From assembly GCA_031414535.1 (NCBI GenBank), contig JANNVQ010000055.1, forward strand, positions 15,592 through 79,591: a stretch of 64,000 nt of DNA, given 5' to 3'. This DNA is from Gemmatimonas sp. Lineage in GTDB: Bacteria > Gemmatimonadota > Gemmatimonadetes > Gemmatimonadales > Gemmatimonadaceae. Under the pieces are notes generated by a model that saw only the letters and a list, made by a program, of their open reading frames with translations, searched no databases and had not been told where the DNA came from. Shown here piece by piece: positions 20,701 to 27,432 of the stretch (the first letter of the stretch is position 1; each line of letters starts with the position of its first letter). The translations under genes and the position numbers were made by a program.

Positions 20701-21086
20701 GCTACCGCAAGGGTCCCGATGCGCGCGTGCTGATTGTTGATGACGATACGGCGACGCGCACGATGTTGCGGCGCGCCTTGGAGAAGGATGGGTGGTCAAT
20801 CGCCGAGGCCGAGAACGGGCGCGTGGGGCTGGCTGCCGTCGGCGCCTCGGCGCCGCAGTTGATTCTGCTCGATCTCATGATGCCCGAGATGGATGGCTTC
20901 GAGTTCCTCGAGGCGCTTCGAGCCGACGCCGCCAACGCGTCGATTGAGGTTGTCGTGATGACAGCCAAAATCCTCACCGAAGACGACCGCCGGCAGCTTA
21001 GCAGCGGGGTGCAGCGGGTGCTGCACAAGGGTGAGCACAACGAGGCGGCCTTCCTCTCGGCCGTACGGTCGCACATGGTGCACTGA
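17718..21086 (+). CDS. Hybrid sensor histidine kinase (3 GAF, PAS, HisKA, HATPase, 2 REC)
   Basis: FLANMSHELRTPLN (H-box), NLLSNASKFT, DTGIG, GGTGLGL; two receiver domains (VIDDD..ITLDVVMP; IVDDD..ILLDLMMP); three GAF-like repeats. Confidence 0.95.
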   Translation: MPTAASGSADRQREGALLRLSSGIAAAESEQGICRAVVDGLHDPALGFDFVAMLLVDHASGDRVVVASRGAADMPDGHRVPPGSGLSELPLLDGRLHYTPQVTTETRYLPTRNEGSEVDVPLLVNKQLVGVLVVESNKHHAFGTDDFEVLRAAAHQAGIAIGRERLLRDERRRADEQEALRATIADLSARLELSDLLQAVLERAIQLLKVSHGELAIFHRERDELEIVASYNLGRKDTTGTRMKVGEGAMGHVALTREPYIIPDYQAWMSRSEQYAQSDFHAVMVAPLMMGRQLVGAIAFMDRDSRRAFGPEDLRLLDLFAPQAAVAIENARLFSAERRRAEEQRALLATMQDLAGQLELSTVLQRVLERAVGLLSVTGGELATVDASTGELVIVASHDMGANAVGTRIALGDGAMGRVAQTLESLIIPRYQDWDGRSDKYGQTTVQSVMATPLMIGTRLVGAIASVHSDPQRVFGNEDLRLLELFAPQAAIAIENARLFTQAQHQQQYFSELVANSPVAIVTLDRNHNVVSCNPAFLTLYGYAESEVIGYQLDALITSEQDRAEAVRYTTEALASRPVRAIARRNRKDGSLVDVEVLGVPVVVDGELVGLMALYHDVTALLRARRDAEAANAAKSDFLANMSHELRTPLNAIIGYSEMLEEDAVDREAAEAITDLRRIRSAGHHLLALINDVLDLSKIEAGKMELHLETFDLSAAVDAVASTVAPLIEKNGNALVLELDERLGSMHADVTRVRQVLFNLLSNASKFTERGRITLGAVRRDEDARAWIELTVRDTGIGMTPEQLGRLFNAFAQAESSTAKKYGGTGLGLVISRMFCEMMGGTVTVASEAGVGTTFTVRLPVEVVDPAAAPVPALVHEGQAGAGCVLVIDDDPATRDLLARMLVRDGYRVLQAANGATGLALARSERPDVITLDVVMPGLDGWEVLSALKEDPEVAAIPVVMLTITDDRNLGFSLGASEYLTKPIERDRLSAVLARYRKGPDARVLIVDDDTATRTMLRRALEKDGWSIAEAENGRVGLAAVGASAPQLILLDLMMPEMDGFEFLEALRADAANASIEVVVMTAKILTEDDRRQLSSGVQRVLHKGEHNEAAFLSAVRSHMVH

Positions 21087-21104
21087 GCGGCCGACCGCCG
21101 CGGT

Positions 21105-22172
21105 TCACCGCGGTTGCTCCGACCGCCGGAACAGGAATGCGCACTCCTCCACCCGCGGTCCGCGTTCATCACACACCGCGAACCCCGCGCCTTCGTACAT
21201 CGATGCCCCCGCGTAGCGCCCGTCCTTGTGGACCACGTAAAACTGCAGGTCGAACTTCGGACGCCCGCGCTCATCGAGTAATCGGCGCTCGGTCATCGCC
21301 ACGACGCGTTCGAGCGTCCGCAACGCCGCATCACGTGGCGAGAGGCCGTTGCGCATGAACTCCACGATCTGATACGAGGCACAGGTTTTGATGTTGGCCT
21401 CACCGCGTCCCGTGGAGCCGGCTGCACCCACCGTGTTGTCGCAGTACTGACCGGCGCCCACGATCGGCGAGTCGCCCACGCGACCAGGCACCTTCCACGC
21501 CATTCCACTCGTGGTGGTCACCGAGCTTAAGTCACCGGCGGCGTTCACGGCGTTCATGTTGATGGTACCAGTCGTGAACTTGATGGCCACGTTGCCGTCG
21601 TAGTCGAGGAAGCTATCGTTCGCATTCAGCCGCGCGCGCCAGCGGAGCCACTCTTGCCGTGTCTTCTCGGTGAGCAGGTTCTGGGTTTGAAAGCCCATCT
21701 CAATCGCGAAGCGCCGCGCGTCCTGCCCCACAAGCATGATGTGGTCGGTGTAGTCCATCACGGCCTTCGCCACCAAGCTGGGTGTCGCAATGTCCTCGAG
21801 GCAGCCGACGGCCCCCGCACGCTTGGTGGGGCCGTGCATGCAACTGGCATCGAGCTGCACCACGCCGTCACGATTGGGCAGGCCACCAAGTCCCACCGAA
21901 GTATCGTCGGGATCCAACTCCTGAATGTTCACGCCAGCGATGATGGCATCGAGCGCGTCGCCACCTGCGGTGATTTGGTCATAGGCCACCTTCACGCCGC
22001 GAATGCCATTGGCAGACGCGACCACACAAGGCCGCGCCCGGAGGGGGGAACCCCCGAGCCCGATGAGCGCCGGCGCACCCTCGAGTCGGCTGGCCTGAGC
22101 CTCGGTGGGAAGTGCGGCGGCCGCCACGGCGGCTGCGGAAGTGGCCAGAAAATCTCTACGGGAAGTGGACAC
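21105..22172 (-). CDS. Ntn-hydrolase asparaginase (glycosylasparaginase / isoaspartyl peptidase family), Tat-exported
   Basis: SRRDFL twin-arginine signal; SVGLGGLPN..QLDASCM; G|TI putative autocleavage site; TTTSG..KVPGRVGDSP; TGRGE. GTG 22172 has a GGAG RBS. Confidence 0.9.
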   Translation of the reverse strand: MSTSRRDFLATSAAAVAAAALPTEAQASRLEGAPALIGLGGSPLRARPCVVASANGIRGVKVAYDQITAGGDALDAIIAGVNIQELDPDDTSVGLGGLPNRDGVVQLDASCMHGPTKRAGAVGCLEDIATPSLVAKAVMDYTDHIMLVGQDARRFAIEMGFQTQNLLTEKTRQEWLRWRARLNANDSFLDYDGNVAIKFTTGTINMNAVNAAGDLSSVTTTSGMAWKVPGRVGDSPIVGAGQYCDNTVGAAGSTGRGEANIKTCASYQIVEFMRNGLSPRDAALRTLERVVAMTERRLLDERGRPKFDLQFYVVHKDGRYAGASMYEGAGFAVCDERGPRVEECAFLFRRSEQPR

Positions 22173-22181
22173 GAAGTCTCC

Positions 22182-22249
22182 GAAGGTGTGACGATGGTCT
22201 TGCATATCGTAGCCCGTTCCGGCGACGTTCACCACATCGTCACTCCTTC
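22182..22249. promoter_or_regulatory. 15-bp inverted repeat pair in the divergent intergenic region
   Basis: GAAGGTGTGACGATG 22182-22196 and CATCGTCACTCCTTC 22235-22249 (14/15 complementary). Confidence 0.6.
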
Positions 22250-22262
22250 ACCTGGATTCCTG

Positions 22263-23663
22263 ATGCGCTCTTTCCGCCTGTTCGCCGCACTGTTTCTGAC
22301 CCTCGTCGCCATCCCACTCACGGCCCAAGGCCGCCAACTCACACGCTGGGAGCAGCAGGCCCGCGCGCTGCTCAAGGAACTGGTCGAGATCAACACCTCG
22401 CATTCCGTGGGCAGCACCGTCACCGCCGCACAGGCGATGGCGAGGCACATGCTGGCGGCGGGATTCCCCGCTGAAGATGTGGTGGTGGTGGAGAACGCAC
22501 CGCGGAAGGGGAATCTCATTGTGCGATACCGCGGGCGCTCACGCACGCAGCGCCCCATCCTATTGCTCTCGCACATTGACGTGGTAGAAGCAAATCCTGC
22601 CGACTGGACTCTACCGCCGTTTGAGTTCATCGAGCGCGATGGAATGTTCTACGGCCGCGGCGTGGCCGACGACAAGGACGAGAGTGCCATCCATCTCACC
22701 CTCCTCCTGCGTATGAAGGCCGAGGGCATCGTGCCCGCCCGTGATATCATCGTGGCGCTTACCGCCGACGAGGAAGGCGGCCCCGAGAACGGCGTGGAGT
22801 ACCTGCTCGCGAATCGCCGTGAGCTGGTGGACGCAGCCTATGTGCTGAATGAAGGCGGCGGTGGCATCGTGGAGGGTAGCCGCAAGGTTTCCAATACCGT
22901 GCAGTCCGCCGAGAAGTACGTGGTGAACTTCAATGTTGAGGCCACGAACTCCGGCGGTCACAGCTCCGTGCCGCGTCCCGACAACGCCATCTACTCATTG
23001 GCCCGCGCGCTCGACCGCCTTTCGCAACTGCAGCAGCCGGTGAAGCTGAACGAGACAACCCGCGCCTACTTCACGCGCCAGGCCGACATCCTCGGCGGCG
23101 AAACTGGCGCGGCCATGCGTCGCCTCATCGCGAACGAGCGCGATGCCCAGGCCTCGGCAATCGTCTCGCGCGACTTCTCCAACAATTCCCGCCTGCGCAC
23201 CACCTGCGTGGCCACGATGCTTGAGGGCGGCCACGCAATGAACGCCCTGCCGCAGCGGGCCAAGGCCACGGTGAACTGCCGCATCCTTCCGGAAGAAACG
23301 CGCGCCGACGTACAGGCTCGCCTCGTCGCTGCCATCAATGACACGGGCGTGAAGGTCACGGTCGAGCGTGAGGATTCCAACTCGCCTGCCTCGCCCCTCA
23401 CACCCGAATTGCTGCGCGCCATCGAGGCCGCCACGCAGGAAGTCTTCCCCAACACGCCGGTGGTGCCGACCATGAGCACCGGTGCTACGGATGGGGCATA
23501 CTTCCGCGCCGCGGGTATACCCGTGTACGGCGTCAGCGGCTTGTTCTATTCCGCGCCCAACGCCCACGGAATGAATGAGAAAGTCGAGAGTGAGGCCTTC
23601 TACCAAGGCCTCGAGTTCATGTACCGTCTCGTGCGCCGGCTGACCACCGGCCCCGGGATGTAA
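22263..23663 (+). CDS. Secreted M20/M25/M40 family metallopeptidase / amidohydrolase
   Basis: Signal peptide; LLLSHIDVV, YGRGVADDK, TADEEGG, LNEGG, GGHSS, GATDG, AHGMNE. Start at ATG 22263. Confidence 0.92.
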   Translation: MRSFRLFAALFLTLVAIPLTAQGRQLTRWEQQARALLKELVEINTSHSVGSTVTAAQAMARHMLAAGFPAEDVVVVENAPRKGNLIVRYRGRSRTQRPILLLSHIDVVEANPADWTLPPFEFIERDGMFYGRGVADDKDESAIHLTLLLRMKAEGIVPARDIIVALTADEEGGPENGVEYLLANRRELVDAAYVLNEGGGGIVEGSRKVSNTVQSAEKYVVNFNVEATNSGGHSSVPRPDNAIYSLARALDRLSQLQQPVKLNETTRAYFTRQADILGGETGAAMRRLIANERDAQASAIVSRDFSNNSRLRTTCVATMLEGGHAMNALPQRAKATVNCRILPEETRADVQARLVAAINDTGVKVTVEREDSNSPASPLTPELLRAIEAATQEVFPNTPVVPTMSTGATDGAYFRAAGIPVYGVSGLFYSAPNAHGMNEKVESEAFYQGLEFMYRLVRRLTTGPGM

Positions 23664-23672
23664 GGAGAAACA

Positions 23673-25523
23673 ATGGCCGCTGACGACCTGAACAGCATCC
23701 CCTTCTTTGAGGGGCTGCCCGATCAACTCCGATGGCATCTCGCGCGCGCTGCCGAGCGTCGCGAGTATCCCGTGGGGGAGAAGCTTTTCGTGGATGGCGA
23801 CCAGCGCACCGGCCTGTGGACCATTCTCGAGGGCACACTCGCCATTGAAATCACGAGTGGTGGCGCCCCTCACCGCCTCGCCACGCTCGGCCCCGGCGAT
23901 GTGGTCGGTGAGTCCATCCTGCTTGGCGACGACACGCATCACACCGAAGGCCGGGTGCTCGCGCCGCTGGTGACCCTGCGATTCGGCAAGGACGTGCTCG
24001 AGCCCCTGCTCAAGGATCAGCCGCGGCTCCACGCTGCGCTACTCGGCAAGTCGGCACGCGTCCTCGCGGCGCGCCTCAAGGCCGCCGACGCCACGCTGTC
24101 TGGCCGTGATCGCGCGGCAGGATTTGGCGGGCCGACGCGCAAGGACAAGGATCTTCTCGGCGAGCGCGATGTGCCGCAGGCCGCGCTCTACGGCGTGCAG
24201 ACCCTGCGGGCCATCGAGAACTTCCCGATTACGGGCGTGACGCTGCAGAGCTTCCCCGAACTCATCGTGGCGCTGGCGCAGGTGAAGGAAGCCGCGGCCA
24301 AGGCCAATATGGAGATCGGCACGCTGCCCGCCGACGTGGGTGATGCCATTGTGCGTGCCTGTGCGGAAATCGAGGCGGGCACGCACCACGAGCACTTCCG
24401 CGTGGACATGATCCAAGGTGGCGCCGGTACCTCGACGAACATGAACGCCAACGAGGTGATTGCGAATCGTGCTTGCGAGTTGCTCGGCGTGCCTCGGGGA
24501 ACGTCTTCGCGCGTACACCCCAACGAGCACGTGAACCTCGCACAGAGCACCAACGATGTGTATCCGACGGCCGTGCGGCTCGCACTGCACGCCGCCATTG
24601 GAGATTTGCAGGCAGAGATGCGGAAGCTCGTCGAGTCGTTCCGCGACAAGGGCAGGGAATTTGCGCCGCATGTGAAGATGGGTCGCACACAGCTGCAGGA
24701 CGCCGTGCCCATGACCCTCGGCCAAGAGTTCCGGGCGTTTGGCAACACCATCGCCGAGGATGTGGACCGACTGGAAGAGGCCAAGGCCCTGTTACGCGAG
24801 ATCAACATGGGCGCGACGGCCATCGGCACCGGCATCACGGCGCCGCGCGGCTACACCGAGAAGGTGCGCGCCCAGTTGAGTGAAGTGACGGGCCTCGCCT
24901 TGATTACCGCACCGGATTTGGTGGAGGCCACGAGCGATACGGGCGGTTTCGTGCAACTCTCCGGCGTGCTCAAGCGCTGTGCGGTGAAGCTGAGCAAGGT
25001 TTGCAACGATCTGCGCTTGCTCTCCAGCGGCCCGCGCACGGGCTTCGCTGAGATTCGTTTGCCGGCTATGCAACCGGGCTCGAGCATCATGCCCGGCAAG
25101 GTGAATCCCGTGATCCCCGAAGCCGTCAATCAGGTTTGCTTCGATGTGATTGGCGGCGACGTGACGGTGACGATGGCGGCCGAGGCGGGGCAGCTACAGT
25201 TGAATGTGTTCGAGCCGATTATCGCGTATCGCTTGCTTCGCAACATCTCAGCGCTGGAAAATGCCTGCCGCATTTTACGCGAGAAGTGCATAGTAGGCAT
25301 CGAGGCCAACCCGCAGATAATGCGGGAGTATGTGGAACGGTCCATCGGCCTCGTGACGGCACTGCTCCCGGCGCTGGGTTACGAGAAGTGCAGCGCGTTG
25401 GCCAAGGAGGCGCTGGAGAGCGGCAGAGGCGTGGCGGAACTGGCGCTGGAGAAGAAGCTGCTGACTCGCAAGGAGCTTGATCAGATACTTGATCCCGAGC
25501 GGATGGTTGGGGGATCTCACTAG
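23673..25523 (+). CDS. aspA: Aspartate ammonia-lyase fused to an N-terminal cyclic-nucleotide-binding-like domain
   Basis: YGVQTLRAIENF, QGGAGTSTNMNANEV, KMGRTQLQDAVP, GSSIMPGKVNPVIPE. The first ~140 aa look cNMP/CRP-like (IPFFEGL..YPVGEKLF..LATLGPGDVVGE). AAGGAG RBS. Confidence 0.93.
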   Translation: MAADDLNSIPFFEGLPDQLRWHLARAAERREYPVGEKLFVDGDQRTGLWTILEGTLAIEITSGGAPHRLATLGPGDVVGESILLGDDTHHTEGRVLAPLVTLRFGKDVLEPLLKDQPRLHAALLGKSARVLAARLKAADATLSGRDRAAGFGGPTRKDKDLLGERDVPQAALYGVQTLRAIENFPITGVTLQSFPELIVALAQVKEAAAKANMEIGTLPADVGDAIVRACAEIEAGTHHEHFRVDMIQGGAGTSTNMNANEVIANRACELLGVPRGTSSRVHPNEHVNLAQSTNDVYPTAVRLALHAAIGDLQAEMRKLVESFRDKGREFAPHVKMGRTQLQDAVPMTLGQEFRAFGNTIAEDVDRLEEAKALLREINMGATAIGTGITAPRGYTEKVRAQLSEVTGLALITAPDLVEATSDTGGFVQLSGVLKRCAVKLSKVCNDLRLLSSGPRTGFAEIRLPAMQPGSSIMPGKVNPVIPEAVNQVCFDVIGGDVTVTMAAEAGQLQLNVFEPIIAYRLLRNISALENACRILREKCIVGIEANPQIMREYVERSIGLVTALLPALGYEKCSALAKEALESGRGVAELALEKKLLTRKELDQILDPERMVGGSH

Positions 25524-25526
25524 ATG

Positions 25527-25590
25527 GACGGATGACGGATGACGGATGCTGGGGCAGTTCGCTTGTGGCATCCGTTATCCGTCTTCCGTC
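25527..25590. repeat. Heptamer-repeat hairpin, family 2 copy 2
   Basis: (GACGGAT)3-GC 25527-25549, 18-nt loop, GC-ATCCGTT-ATCCGTC-TTCCGTC 25568-25590. Confidence 0.88.
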
Positions 25591-25608
25591 CCAATTGGAG
25601 TAGAGCGT

Positions 25609-25983
25609 ATGGCAGGAGTTAAGCTCGACGGCGCTGGCACGCAGAAGATGAAGACCTTGGAGGAAGCGCAGATTACCCTCCAGAAGATTCACGGGATTGT
25701 GGAGCGCATGGCACTCGACGTGAAGAATCAGCGCGGCGTCGGCCTCACGGTCGGGCAGATCAAGCGCACAGCCGAGCCGCTGCAGGGTCAGCTGAAGGGG
25801 CAGTTTGGCATTATTGCCGACCAGGTCACCGCGATGGTCTTGTCTATGGGCAGGGGTGGTGGCGAGCAGAGCAAGGTGCGGGTACTTCGCGAGTCCGTGG
25901 CACAATTGCGTACCGCAATGGAGATGGCCGCATCAAAGGTAAAGAAGGAGCACGCGGTGGAGATTGAGATTTCGCCGGACTGA
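25609..25983 (+). CDS. Hypothetical all-helical protein (124 aa)
   Basis: GGAG RBS 8 nt before ATG 25609; typical codon usage; amphipathic helices. Confidence 0.75.
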   Translation: MAGVKLDGAGTQKMKTLEEAQITLQKIHGIVERMALDVKNQRGVGLTVGQIKRTAEPLQGQLKGQFGIIADQVTAMVLSMGRGGGEQSKVRVLRESVAQLRTAMEMAASKVKKEHAVEIEISPD

Positions 25984-26050
25984 GGCTGGACCATTACAGG
26001 ACTGGGGTTCGGAACCCGTTCTGGCTCCACAACTTGCGAGAATCTCCCGC

Positions 26051-26079
26051 TTGCCCCACCCAATCGGGTGGGGTAGCTT
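26051..26079 (+). promoter_or_regulatory. Putative sigma70 promoter of the oxidase operon, with a palindromic spacer
   Basis: TTGCCC 26051-26056, 17 bp, TAGCTT 26074-26079; CCCCACCC-AATC-GGGTGGGG 26054-26073. Confidence 0.55.
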
Positions 26080-26140
26080 CCTCGGGTCGCAATCGTGGGC
26101 AGTTCCCGGTTCCGGTTTTGTTCCCCCAGCCTCAGAAAAA

Positions 26141-27415
26141 ATGTCGATGCTGCGCCTGCGCAAGGCAGCACCAGCCCTGCTTGCTGCAGTGGCTCTCCTG
26201 ACGCTTAACGCGTGTAGTGGAATGGAGTCCGCTCCGAATTCCACTTTTAATCACACCACTGATCTAAACACGTCCATCGACGGACTTTGGGATCTCCTGC
26301 TACTCTGGGGAACCATCGTCTTCGTTGTTGTGGAAGTGGCGTTGATTTTCACGATCTACCGCTTCCGGAAGCGGCCGGGTGGTGCGCCTGCCAAACAGAT
26401 TCACGGCAATGTTGCGCTTGAAATCACGTGGACGGTGATTCCGGCGGTGATTCTCGTGTTGATCGCCGTGCCGACGGTGAAGACCATCTTCCAGACGCAG
26501 GCGCCGGCTCCCGCTGGCGCGCTGACCATCGAAGTCACGGGCCATCAGTGGTGGTGGGAATTCCACTACCCCGAGTACGGCGTGACGACGGCCAACGAGG
26601 TGTACATCCCCGTCGGTCGCACGGCGAACTTCGTGCTCCGCACCAAGGACGTGTTGCACTCGTTCTGGGTTCCGCAGATGGGCGGCAAGCGCGACCTCAT
26701 CACTAATCGGACCAACACACTCTGGTTTACGCCGCGTGTGGATCTTGGGACTAACGCGTGGAACGGCTTCTGCACTGAGTACTGCGGCTCCAGCCATGCG
26801 AACATGAAGTTCCGGCTCTTTACGGTGCAGCCCGACGAGTTTGCCTCCTGGGCAGCGCACCAGGCACGCCCGGCACTTCCGCATGACACGGCCACTTCTA
26901 CCGCGGCGCCGGCAGTCCCCCCCGTGACGGTGGCTTCGGCCTCCGCCACGATGCCGGTGCCCGCGATGCAGGCGCCCGAGGCATCCGCAGCGGGCTACGT
27001 GTTCCCGGCGGCAAATCTTCCGGAACACGTTATTCCGCAGACGCCGATTCCGGCCTCGCTCAAGTTCGACGACGCTTTGCTCGCGCAGGGTGATGCCAAG
27101 CGCGGCGAGACCTCGTTCATGATGGGCGGCTGCATCGGTTGCCACGCTATCAGCGGCAACCCGATGGCCATGAGCAACGTCGGACCGAACCTCACGCACT
27201 TCGCTTCTCGCCACACGCTCGGCGGCGGACTCTTCCGCAACGACGACACGACGCTGGCACGCTGGATCAAGAACGCCCGCGCAATGAAGCCGGGCGCCTT
27301 GATGCTCGTCGTCGGCATTGGCGAGTACAGCCCCGACCTCAAGGGCCCCGTCACTGCGGGCCTCACCGATGCGCAGATCGCCGATGTCGTGGCGTACCTG
27401 CGGTCGCTCAAGTAA
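26141..27415 (+). CDS. ctaC: Cytochrome c oxidase subunit II with fused cytochrome c (caa3-type)
   Basis: Lipobox LNAC; LEITWTVIP; GHQWWW; CuA ligands DVLHSFW and CTEYCGSSHANM; heme c motif CIGCH and GPNLTH. Confidence 0.96.
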   Translation: MSMLRLRKAAPALLAAVALLTLNACSGMESAPNSTFNHTTDLNTSIDGLWDLLLLWGTIVFVVVEVALIFTIYRFRKRPGGAPAKQIHGNVALEITWTVIPAVILVLIAVPTVKTIFQTQAPAPAGALTIEVTGHQWWWEFHYPEYGVTTANEVYIPVGRTANFVLRTKDVLHSFWVPQMGGKRDLITNRTNTLWFTPRVDLGTNAWNGFCTEYCGSSHANMKFRLFTVQPDEFASWAAHQARPALPHDTATSTAAPAVPPVTVASASATMPVPAMQAPEASAAGYVFPAANLPEHVIPQTPIPASLKFDDALLAQGDAKRGETSFMMGGCIGCHAISGNPMAMSNVGPNLTHFASRHTLGGGLFRNDDTTLARWIKNARAMKPGALMLVVGIGEYSPDLKGPVTAGLTDAQIADVVAYLRSLK

Positions 27416-27432
27416 TCCGGAGACCCTGACTC

